From Octopus vulgaris (lineage: Eukaryota), in assembly GCA_951406725.2 (NCBI GenBank), contig OX597818.1:76446001-76510000 (forward strand): a stretch of DNA of 64,000 nucleotides, read 5' to 3'. Positions within the stretch are counted from its first letter, which is position 1, and every line of letters begins with the position of its first letter. Positions 25,345-36,961 of this stretch are shown here, in pieces. The notes beneath the pieces were generated by a model that saw nothing but the letters and a program-made list of their open reading frames with translations, was not told the origin of the DNA and did no database searches. Both the position numbers and the translations under genes were made by a program.

Positions 25345-26614
25345 TAGGAGGTGACCAAAATAATGGAAAAACCTTAAAATTTCAAACAAATTTATTTTAA
25401 TATGGGGTTGGACTACCTTTGGCAGCAATTACAGCTTGAATTGTACAAGGTACGGACTTGTACAAAGTTTGAATTGTTTCCAAAGGAATTTTTGCCCATT
25501 CTTCAGCTAAAACAGTTTCCAGTTCTTGTAGTGATGATGGTGGAGGATATTGACTCCTTACTTGTTTTTCTAAAATGCACCATAAATGTTCAATAATATT
25601 GAGATCTGGGGACTGTGGTGGCCAGATAACATGTTAAACTTCACTAGAATGATCCTTGTGCCATTCAGTAACAACTTTAGCTGTGTGAATTGGTGCATTA
25701 TCATCCTGAAAGACTGCGTTTCCCTCCGGAAACAGTTCCGCAACCATAGGCTGAATTTGGTCAGATAAAATGCTTAAATAGTCTTGACTATTAATTCTGC
25801 CATGAAAGGGAACCATTAGGCTGGTGGATATCCAAGATATAGTCACGGGATCATCACAGATCCTCCACCATGTTTAACAGTTGGAAGAAGGCAGTCTGGG
25901 TCAAATGCTTCTTTTGGCTGTCTCCACATGTATATTTGGCTGGTGGTCGGAAATAGGGTAGAGGATAACTCGTCCGAGAAAATAACATTCTTCCACTCCT
26001 CTAGCGACCTATTCTGTAGGTTTTGACTCCACTCTAAATGCTTTGCAACATTTGTTTTTGAAAGTAGTGATTTTCTGATTGCAGCCCTCCCGTGAAATCC
26101 AGCTTTGTGCAGCTCTCGACAAAGTTTTTGTGGAAACTGGGTTCTCGATGTGGTCATTAAGCTCTGCAGTAATTTTGGGAGCTGTACTTTTTGTGATCCA
26201 TTCTAACAATTCACGTATGAGTCTGATGGTCCCTATCTGAAAGATTTGGTTTTTTTCCAGAGTTTTATTTTGACGTGGAGGCTTTTCTCTCTTTCTCAAA
26301 GGCTGTCATTACTTTTGAGACAGTACCTCTTGATATACCAAACATTTTGGTTGTTTTCACTACGTTAGCGCCTGCCATATGAGCACCAATAATTTGACTC
26401 CTTTGAAAGTTCGATAGATCTGTCATTTTAATGAATTTTAATTATTTTTTCTGACGGTATCTGAAAAGAAACAGCAATTTTAGCAAAACATATTAAGCAA
26501 CACTAATAATAAATCAAAAAGCATAAAAATAAACAAGCTTTTGGCAGTTTTATAGATATTTCAAAACTATGATGCTATGATGCGAGGTGTTTCCATTATT
26601 TTGTACAACTCCTG
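25345..26614 (-). mobile_element. Tc1-like DNA transposon, both TIRs present, transposase pseudogene
   Basis: TIRs (c)aggag.tg..caaaataatggaaa at both ends in TA context. Transposase from ATG ~26425 (MTDLSNFQRSQIIGA) includes [16 protein letters not shown] and FQDDNAPIH and ends KGSPTPY* at 25397. Frameshifted. Confidence 0.9.
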
Positions 26615-26639
26615 TGTATATATATATATATATATATAT

Positions 26640-27135
26640 AAATTAATAAATAAATAAAACATATGCATATATACATACATATGTGTACGTACCTACCTCT
26701 ACATGTATATATACATGCATATATGGGTACAGGACACCAAAAAAACGCCGAACACAATGAGAAACGAAAACATAAATACAAAACCAAGGAAATGGACATT
26801 TTTCTTGAACAACGAAAAAATAGAGTACAGGACATACAAAACAAGGAAAATTCCCCTTCTTCAGTCGCCTTTGTTTCATCTACTCCACGTTTCGAAGGTC
26901 AAGGCGATACATGACTTTAATAAAACAACCCTTCCCGCGAAAATCAAATTAAATAAAATTTGAGATTTTTTGCGGAGGGGTAAAAATGGTAACAAAAACA
27001 GGACAGTAACGACAGTACAAAATATAAATGGTAAAAGACAGGACAAGGAGAATAACAGTAACACAAACAAGAAGGGCTGTTAAGCCGAACGAGATAAAAT
27101 TTTTTACGAACACTATTTTTTGAGAATGTATATGT
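26640..27135. repeat. Unclassified A-rich, CpG-retaining interspersed repeat between (TA)n tracts
   Basis: Internal repeats (gtacaggaca x2, acaggaca x2) and small hairpins; bounded by TA microsatellites. Confidence 0.4.
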
Positions 27136-27845
27136 ATATATATATAGCACCACAACTACTGCCAACACCAATACAACTAACACCACAACTATAGAGACAT
27201 CTCCACTACAACTATTATGACTACCACCACCAATACTAACAATACTCCTTTTTCAAAAAATGGAGCCGGAAGAGCCCTTCACAGTTACAAATAAGCACAT
27301 CTCAACCATATTAATTAATAGAAAAGCACCCACTAGGGGTCATGAAGAAATTCTTCTTTTCATACATTTCTTCCTCTATTTCCACGCACTGAATTCATTA
27401 GACAACTGATAGCAGTGTATTTTATGACTATGACCTTATCTGCTGAGAGCCTTTAGAAAAGTATCTGTCCAGATGAACGGTCTCCACAACACAACCACTA
27501 TTGCCTGATTCACGGCTTACAACAAAATGCATTTGCCAGTTGCTATGAATGCATCTTATCTGCAAAACTTTTTCACATTGATCTACTATTGGAACATCCC
27601 TTCTCTTACATTTATTACTAATACAAGTAATTGTGTTTTCAATTGCTGAAGTGAAATTTGGTGATATTTTGTAAATAAATATTAAAAATTATGTTGTGCA
27701 ATATTCAAATACCTTTGAACAACTTTTAATGTAAGGAAAATGGGCTTTATTATAGATGCCAATATGTGCTTTATGAATACATTTCAGCACTGTACAGACT
27801 GGGCTGAAGGCTGGGAGGCCTACTAGTATATAAATATATATTAAC

Positions 27846-28012
27846 ATGGCTGTGTGGCAAGAAGCTTGCTTCTCAACGACATGGTTCCAGGTTCAGTCCC
27901 ACTGCATGGTACCTTAGGCAAGTGTCTTCTACTATAGCCTCAGGCCAACCAAAGCCTTGTGAGTAGATTTGGTAGACGGAAGCTGAAAGAAGCTCATCGA
28001 GAGAGAGAGAGA

Positions 28013-28045
<33 letters not shown>

Positions 28046-28293
28046 TGTGTGTGCGTGCGTGTGTGTGTGTGTGTGTCTCTGTGTGTGTGTGTTGTGTGTG
28101 TGTGTGTGTGTGTTTGTCTCTCAACATATCTTGACAACTGATGCTGGTGTGTTCATGTCCCCATAACTTGGCAGTTCAGCAAAAGAGACAGATAGAATAA
28201 GTACTAGGCTTACAAAAAATAAGTCTGGGGGTTGATTTCTATGACTAAAAACTTCCAAGGTGGTATTCCAGAAAGAAGTAAAAGAGTAAAAGA
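27846..28293 (+). mobile_element. SINE family A with expanded (GA)(TG) tract
   Basis: Head tggctgtgtggcaagaagcttgc..ggttcagtccc through the gtaaaagagtaaaag tail. Confidence 0.85.
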
Positions 28294-28331
28294 ATATATA
28301 TATATATCTAAACACACACACACACATATAT

Positions 28332-28448
28332 ATATCTCTGAAGAGGCCGTGGGGCATCCTTGCTAATGTCTCATTTATACCTGCCTTATATGGCTTATAG
28401 GTTAAATGAGGCATGCTTGCCCTTATGGCCGAAACAGCTGTCAGATAT
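28332..28448 (+). ncRNA. Type I hammerhead ribozyme motif (Penelope/retrozyme minimal type) with extended stem II
   Basis: AUAUCU-CUGAAGA-GGCC...GGCC-GAAAC-AGCU-GUC^AGAUAU. The core is complete, stem I is 6 bp and stem III is the palindrome ACAGCUGU. Predicted cleavage is after C28442. Confidence 0.8.
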
Positions 28449-28631
28449 GATATAATTATATATTATATTTTATATTTTATATTTCTATTTCCTTGTCTAA
28501 TTATATTTACAATATATTTTGTATAATGCCTTTACTGTTATGTAATGGTGTAATAAAGTATTGATTGGGTATCATCTGATGGTTGATGTTTGATTGATTT
28601 AAGTATGTTTCTCCATTTTCTAATTTTGTAG

Positions 28632-28667
<36 letters not shown>

Positions 28668-28739
28668 AGTGAATGCACAAATGAAAGAAAAGGGCACTCA
28701 ACACATTTAGTTACATGTTACACATACAATATATATGTA

Positions 28740-28885
28740 TTCAGCTTCTATGAAATTCATTCACAAGACTTTTATCAGCTCAGGGCTATAGTAGAAGACA
28801 TGTGCCCAAGCCGCCACACAGTGGGACTGACCTGCGACCAATTGATTGTCAAGCAAACTTCTTACCTCACAGCCACACCTGTACC
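28740..28885 (-). mobile_element. SINE family A 5' half, diverged
   Basis: gggctatagtagaagaca..cagtgggactga..cacagccacacctg. Confidence 0.7.
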
Positions 28886-28924
28886 TATTATGTGTTGTAG
28901 TTAGAAGTGTGGCTCTGTGGTAAC

Positions 28925-29830
28925 ATATGTACCCTTATACAAAAACAAATGCAGACACCCACCCATGCAGACACTGGCATATACATCTACATGAAAAACT
29001 CCCACCCAGAAATGCATATATATAAGTATATATGCAAAAACACAGAAGCAGACTGGTTCACATGCACATACTAACATATACACATACATACACAAACAAC
29101 CACCTACAAACAAATACAGACATGCATGTATACACACACACATACATATAAACACGCACACACTCACGTGCACGCGCACACACTCACGTACACACACGCA
29201 CAAAAACTCTAAGATATATAAACTCGCATGCACAAACATATACGCTCACTTACAAACAAACACATTCATGCAGAGGCACACAAAGCCCGACATATACACA
29301 CAAGCACGCACATTAACACATACACCCGTATGCATAAACGCTCACCCACAAACACACGCTTGTACACATGCATATGCACACACACACACACAGTTTGACA
29401 TGTACATACACTGACAGACACATGCAAATATTAACATGTATACTTGCATCAGTAACAAACATAAATAATCATACACAAATACATGTATACACATATATGC
29501 ACACAAACAAACGCACACATGCACACAAACAGATAGACATGTACATGCAAACACATAAACACATGCACAGGCAAACACTAGCACGCATACTCACATCTCT
29601 AACAAACGTAAATGACCATCCACAAATGCATATATTCACACACACAAACACATACCCACAAACACAGATAGACATGTATATACACACATATAAATAGATG
29701 AACATGCAAACACTAACATGTATACTTACGTAAAGAAACGAACGTAAATAACAGCCCACAAATGCATATATGTAGATATATGCACACAAACACACAGACA
29801 TTCACACACACACACACAAACATAAACACA
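28925..29830. repeat. Degenerate CA-rich low-complexity tract with a ~130-bp internal repeat unit
   Basis: Recurrent gacatgtaca..catgcaaac/t..taacaaacg/ataaat modules at ~29395-29800. Confidence 0.75.
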
Positions 29831-30083
29831 AGGTGTTAGAAATCAGTTGTAAGGTTAATAGAACTGGCTCCGCTGCACAATTAACAAGTTTGACGTCAGA
29901 ACACCTTCAATGTAACATCTTTTGTCTATGTACTGTTATGGAATCGAACGTACAATTCGATGCCAAGCTCTATTGATTTATCAATTTGCTAGTGACGTCG
30001 ATAACACGTAGCTTAATGCCCTTTCGTCAGCAGACGGTTCTCTACTTTGTTGGAATATCAATAGAAATAAAATGACTCAACTG

Positions 30084-30163
<80 letters not shown>

Positions 30164-30239
30164 ATGTATGTATGTATGTATGTATTAAAAAACTAAATAT
30201 GTATAAAACAATGTATATATATATATATATATATATATA

Positions 30240-30752
30240 CTAGCAGTATCGCCCGGCGTTGCTCGGGTTTGTAAGGGAAATAACTATATAAGCATTTTTA
30301 GAGAGTTACTTCCCTTATAGATGCCAATTCGGGCTTTCTTAGCCATTTCTGTTTTGGTGTCTTCAAGCCATGAAGTCGTTGTTCTAAAAGAACGCTGGTC
30401 TCCTTGACAACGCTTTACGACGTTGATTTCCTTACACTCCCTTCCCCACAGCTTCACGAGGGAGGGAAGAAGGGGGAGAAGCAAACAGGTGCAGGTGTGA
30501 CCATGGACGCCAACTCCGCCGCCATCGACACACGAAAAATTATGCATTAAAATGGAATAAAAAATGATGTTAAATTATTTTTAAAATCGTAGACTCATCG
30601 TAGACGTGCACTAATACTCAGACGGGCTCGATATGAATCACGACTATAAGATACCCGAATTTGGTTAAACTGCACCGCAAAATGTGGGAGTAGTTAGGAA
30701 TCTAAATCGAAGGGGACAGACACTCACACAACTACAGTTTTATATATATAGA
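30240..30752 (-). mobile_element. Complete non-autonomous Helitron, 513 bp
   Basis: Minus strand reads A|TCTATATATATAAAACTG ... cccgagcaacgccggg hairpin, cgatactg CTAG|T. Inserted in (TA)n with no TSD. Confidence 0.8.
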
Positions 30753-30764
30753 TATATATATATA

Positions 30765-31584
30765 CAGTGGTTTGACAAAATAATGGAAACACCCACCATC
30801 ATAGCATCATAATTTTGAAATATCAATAAAACCGTCAAAAGCTTGTTTATTTTTATGTTTTCTGATTTATTATTAGTGTTGCTTAATATGTTTTGCTAAA
30901 ATTGCTGTTTCTTTTCAGATATCATTAGAAAAAAGCAATTAAAATTCATTAAATTCATAAAATGACAGATCTATCGGACTTTCAAAGAGGTCCAATTGCT
31001 GGTGCTCGTATGGCAGGCGCTAGCATAACGAAAACAGCCGAAATGTTTGATGAATCAAGAAGGACTATTTAGGCGACCTTTGGACTCATACGCGAATTGT
31101 TAGAATCGATCACAAGAGTACAGCTCCCAAAATTACTGCAGAGCTTAATGACCACATCGAGAACCCAGTTTCCACAAAAACTTTGTCGGGAGCTGCACAA
31201 AGCTGGATTTCACGGGAGGGCTGCAATCAGAAAATCACTACTTTCTAAAACAAACGTTGCAAAGCGTTTAGAGTGGAGTCAAAACCTACAGAATATGTCC
31301 CTAGAGAAATGGAAAATGTTATTTTCTCGGACGAGCCATACTCTACCTTATTTCCGACCAACGGCCGAGTATACGTGCGGAGACAGCCAAAAGAAGCATT
31401 TGACCCAGACTGCCTTCTTCCAACTGTTAAACATGGAGGAGGATCTGTGATATCTTGGATATCCACCAGCCCAATAAGCATTTTATCTGACCAAATTCAG
31501 CCTATGGTTGCGAAACTGTTTCCGGAGGGAAACGCAATCTTTCGGGATAATAATGCACCAATCTGCACAGCTAAAGTTGTTACT
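30765..31584 (+). mobile_element. Second copy of the Tc1 family, internally deleted and 3'-truncated
   Basis: TA|cagtggtttgacaaaataatggaaa TIR; ATG 30962 MTDLSDFQRGPIAGARMAGAS; [22 protein letters not shown]. Inverted relative to 25345-26614. Confidence 0.88.
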
Positions 31585-31755
31585 GCACAGGAGCCAGTCC
31601 AGCGGCACTGGCAACGACCTCGCTCGAATGTTTTTTCACGTGCCACCAGCACAAGTGCTAGTAAGGCGACGTATTTTTATATATGTATATATATATATAT
31701 GTATTTATATATGTATATATATTTATATGTACATATATATGTATTTATATATATG

Positions 31756-31787
<32 letters not shown>

Positions 31788-31934
31788 CATATATATATGT
31801 ACATATATATGTACACACACACACATATATATATATACTTATATATGTATATTATATTTATATATATATATTATACATATTTATATATGTATACCTATGA
31901 CAGCATGGAAGACAGATGTTAAGTGATTTATTTG

Positions 31935-32431
31935 TATATATCGAATCCAGTGTAGCTGATACAACAATTTCTACGTGGGTAGCACTAGGCTATTCACATC
32001 AAAGAGCATCAAAACACACGATCCTTCTCCTTCAGAAAACACCAAAACAGATGTCGAAACACCGACATAAACGTAACAGTCACAATTGAGACCAATGACA
32101 GAAATTTAGGAAATTTAGGAATTAAGGAGGCTATCCTCATAGACAACGGAGAACACCAAATTAACAATATGTCGAAAATTAACATTCACTGTCTTATTTA
32201 ACAACAACGACACCCTGCACGCACGATGATAACATGCTCATATAACAAAACATTACATGAAAAAAAGAATCTTAATGCACATGTAATACATAACTTGCTA
32301 ACAGCGCTACTTGCCAACACACACGAGCTCAAGACATGACTACTCTCATCCTCTTCGCGTGAGGAATTCTGGAAAGAACTTCCTGAGACCATTACAGGAA
32401 CGCTTCTGACAGATTTCAATAACCGTTACAG
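31935..32431 (+). mobile_element. Penelope-like element 3' fragment (GIY-YIG end plus UTR), interrupted by the hAT and resuming at ~41989-42027
   Basis: FYVGSTR..HIKEH..RNLGNLGIKEAILID. The downstream UTR matches the reverse complement of ~53945-54120. Confidence 0.75.
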
Positions 32432-33576
32432 CAGTGGTTCTCATGCTTTTCAAAAAAAATTTTATAGCAGTCCCCTTATAATTTTTTTAATGCCTCACGG
32501 TCCCTTATAAAATCAAGGAGAATAACCACAGTGAAAATATTTTTCAACTTTTATTTATTTCGAAAATGACAAAACTCAGTCATCAAATTTACATAGGATT
32601 TCAGTGAGATGGGTGCATCTGCTTCGCTTTCAACGAATCTTCCAAGTAAGGCTGTGTTTTTGACTGAGCCATCACTCACATCTAGTCTGTTTCAAGACTT
32701 TGTTTTGATGGTGAGTAAAGTTGAAAACGTAGTTTCGCACTCATAAGTAGTTGCGAACGGAATCAATATTTTTGGAGCCATCTTTGCGACATCAGGATAT
32801 GACTGCGTCATTTGAATCCAAAAGTTGCTGTTGCACATCTGACTGAAAGACAGCTTTGCATCCCCATCATGCACCAAATCAATAAATTGTTTTTTGAATC
32901 ATGTTGTCCTCTGAAGGCAAATCACTGACTGAGAATGCAAATGGGTTGTTAACAAAGTGACAGTACTTACCAAATTCCTGTAAGTCGGAAAAATATTGAG
33001 AAATTTCATCGCCAAGAATTGAAACATGGTTTTTTTCATCACCTCAAGGATATCATCATCGACTTGAAGTTCATTTTCGTCAAGAAATATGTTGAGCTGT
33101 GGAAATGGTGCAGGGTTCCTGCTTTCTAACTTTGAATGCTATAAAACGAGCTTCATTTTGAAAGCAGTCGATTTTTCATGATAGTGGAGCACCGTAACCT
33201 GTTGTCCTTGCAGTGCAACATTGATACGCTTTACGGATTCGAATATGTTAACTAAATATGACAAGCACGTCAGAAAATGGTTATCAGAGAAATTTTTGCA
33301 CATGCCTGGTTTAGCATCTTTTAGAAAGTTATGTATTTCTTGTCGTAATATGAAAACTCTTCAGAACTTTGCCCCTCGAAAGCCATCTTACGTTTGAGTG
33401 CAACAAAAGAGTTTCGAATTCCAAATCATTTTCTTTGCATAACTCAGTAAACAGACGCAAGTTAAGAGCATTCACTTTAAAGAAATAAACTGCTTTTATC
33501 ATGTCATTCAGAACATTGTAAAACTCATCAGACATTGTTTTCACCATCAGTGCTTGACGATGAATAGTGCAGTGTG

Positions 33577-36500
33577 TGTTACACATTCATATCTATGTGT
33601 ATACGTGTGTAGAATACATCCCCACTTTGGCACTATTTTGTTAGTGAACAGTACGAACTGTGTCTAAAAGTAATTATGTATCACTACGCTGAATGTTGAC
33701 AGTTCGTGTAACATGAAAGAGTAAATAAACACGTAAAACAATAACAATGGCTTTCATATTGGTTGTCTATCCCATCAGAACTCAAACTACACATAACATG
33801 GTGGCAGCGGTAAATAATTAATCGGAAACTGTGCCTTTACTACAAAACAGAAACACAACGAACCAGAAATTTAACAAACAAAACATCGCTTCGTCTTCGG
33901 ACACACATACACGAGGATCCATGATGGCGACCCCCGTCGCCGTACAGATGAATCTACATCCGACCATGAACTGGGATTCCGGTGATATTGTGGAAGCATT
34001 TAAAAAATTCAAACAGAAAACTCAACTAGCTTTCAAAAGTTTCCTGAAAGTGACACGACCAACAAACTGGGTAAATTCAATCGTAATCAAGGAAAAACCC
34101 AATGGTAGCCTACGGATATGCCTCGACCCAAGGGACCTGAACAAGGCATTAAAAAGAGAGTACCATCCAATTCCAACCCTTGAAGAAATCACACCATTAT
34201 TGGCTGGATCCAAATTATTCAGCAAACTGGATGCCAGCAATGGGTACTGGAATATAAAGATAGACAGAGAGTCATCCATGCTCACTACCTTCAACACACC
34301 ATTTGGCAGATATCGATTCAACCGACTCCCATTTGGATTGAAGGTGAGCCAAGATGTTTTCCAGCGCCAAATAGATTAGACATACCAAGGCTGCAAGGGA
34401 GCAATTGGAATAGCAGATGACATCCAAGTGCATGGCAAGGATGAGACCACACATGACTTCAATTTACATGAAGCTATGGAGAAAACCCGACAAGCAGGCA
34501 TCAAACTCAATACAGACAAGTGTGTAATAAAAGCAAGGGAGTGCAAATTCTTTGGAATTATATACTCTGCAGAGGGAGTTAAACCAGATCCCGCTAAAGC
34601 GGAAGCCATCAGAGACATTAAAGAACCCAAAGACAAGAAGGAACTCAGGAGCTTCCTGGGACTCATTCACTACATGGGAGCCTTCATACCCAAGCTGACC
34701 GATCACACTGCAAATCTCCGAGAGCTAAACAAAGATGACGTAGAGTTTGATTGGTGTGCTCCACACACACAGGATTTCAAAACAATCAAAAAGCTCATCA
34801 GTAAGGAGACAACTCTGCAATACTATGACAGATGCAAACCAGTAACGCTCCAAGTCGATGCTTCTATGAGAGGAGTAGGTGCAGCACTGATACAGGAAGG
34901 TAAACCCATTGCATATGCCTCGAAAGCTCTCTCACCCAGACAAGGTACGCAAATATTGAAAGGGAACTCCTGGCAGTAGTATATGGATGTGAAAAGTTCC
35001 ATACATACCTGTATGGCAGACATTTCAATATTGAAACAGACCATCGCCCGCTAGAACAAATACATAGAAAAAACCTGACAAAAGCACCAGCCAGACTGCA
35101 AAGATTACTGTTAAGGCTTCAAACATACGAATATGATATCAGGTACAAGCCAGGAAAAGACCTGATACTGGCGGATGCTCTTTCCAGACTATCATCACAT
35201 GATAAACAGGAGATGCAAGGACTAAGCATAAAGGTCCACCACATTGTAAATGTAACAACCACAAAGCTAGCAGAAATCAAAGAGGAGACCAGCAAAGATG
35301 AAGAACTCCAGCTCCTTACTCAGATGGTGATTCAGGGGTGGCCAGAAAAGAGACATTAGGTGCAGCCCCTAATTCGTGAATATTGGGCCATCCACGATGA
35401 TATATCTGTGGAGAATGGAATCCTGATGGCTGGATCCCGAATAATTATACCCAAGTCAATGCAAAAAGAGATCCTTGACAAGATCCACCAAGGGCATCTA
35501 GGAATGGAGAAATGCAAGCTCCGAGCCAAGTCAGCAGTATATTGGGTAGGCATGTACAAAGACATAGAAAAGACAGTTTCTACATGCCACATCTGTCAAA
35601 AGTACAGAAACTCACAACAAGAGGAGGAAATGATATCTAGTGACATCCCAAGAAGGCCATGGCAAACTATTGGAGTAGATCTGTTCACAGAGAGCCAAGA
35701 ATGGTATTTGATAATGGCCTGCTACTACTCCAAATTTCCATTTGTGAGAAAAGTGAAAGATCTGACAGCCAAAACAATCACTACAGTGGCTCGAGGACTT
35801 CTAGCAGAGCAAGGAATACCAGAGCAGATCATATGTGACAATGGAACCCAGTTCACATCGCAAGAATTCAAAAAGCTAGCCGATGAGTATGGGTTCAATA
35901 TTACAACCTCATCTCCACACTACCCCAAAGGTCATGGGTTTATAGAAAGACAGGTGCAGACAGTGACGAGAACACTAGTCAAATGTCGAGAGACTAAGGA
36001 AGATCCACGCCAGGCACTTTTTCCCTACGAGCGACACCACTGAGAGCTGACATGAAATCCCCAGCAGAATTGCTGAACGGCAGGAAGTACAAAACTACCC
36101 TACCAACTAAAATTCAACCTCCTATTGACCAGGAAGAGACAAGGGCAAAGCTAGCAGCCACTCAAGAACAATCACAGAAATATTACAACAAACATGCACA
36201 ATACTTACCTGAGATACTTGGAGGACAACATGTGCATACTCAAGATCCCATAACCAAAACATGGATTCCAGCACAGGTTGTCAGTAGAGCTGAAACTCCA
36301 AGATAGTATATAATAGAAACGGAATCTGGTGGGCAGCTGAGACGCAACAGGGCCCACATCCGCCCAACACCAAAGCTGTCGAGGACAACGTGTACAACAC
36401 CTGCTGCATCAGTGACAACACCCACAGAATCATCACCCCAACGGGTACCAACCACCTATCAGCAGCCCAACAACACACCTCAGACACCGGTGCAAAGCAC

Positions 36501-36961
36501 AAGATCCACCAGATGGAGAAAGAACATTCTGCCACCGGTTCGATACCGTTAAAAGAAAAAAAAAAAGAAAATGAAAAGATAAGTAGCGAATTCAGCTAGA
36601 TTACAAAGCAGAGGCAGAATAATCACGATTTGTGCTGCAGGATTGCCACCTCACGCTGACAATCCATTAGAGTAAGGGAGAATACTTGTATTTGTCTTCA
36701 CTACCAAAAGACCCCTTTATTTTTTTCAAGAAGAAGGGATGTTACACATTCATATCTATGTGTATACGTGTGTAGAATACATCCCCACTTTGGCACTATT
36801 TTGTTAGTGAACAGTACGAACTGTGTCTAAAAGTAATTATGTATCACTACGCTGAATGTTGACAGTTCGTGTAACATGAAAGAGTAAATAAACACGTAAA
36901 ACAATAACAATGGCTTTCATATTGGTTGTCTATCCCACCAGAACTCAAACTACACATAACA
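33577..36961 (+). mobile_element. Ty3/Gypsy (Mag-like) LTR retrotransposon, internally deleted, young LTRs
   Basis: 222-bp LTRs at 33577-33798 and 36740-36961 (TGTTA..TAACA, 1 mismatch seen); TSD gtgtg; PBS tggtggcagcggt (tRNA-Leu 3' end); PPT aagaagaaggga. RT (LRICLDP, IADD), RNase H (VDAS, TDH, ADALSR) and integrase (HQGH..CHIC, CDNG, IER) motifs are present. Confidence 0.97.

Noticed and set aside
26840-26912. GAAAC and CUGAAGA on the minus strand suggesting a permuted hammerhead
   Set aside because: The visible stem (tcgcctt/aaggcga) has the wrong topology, and stems I and II cannot be formed.
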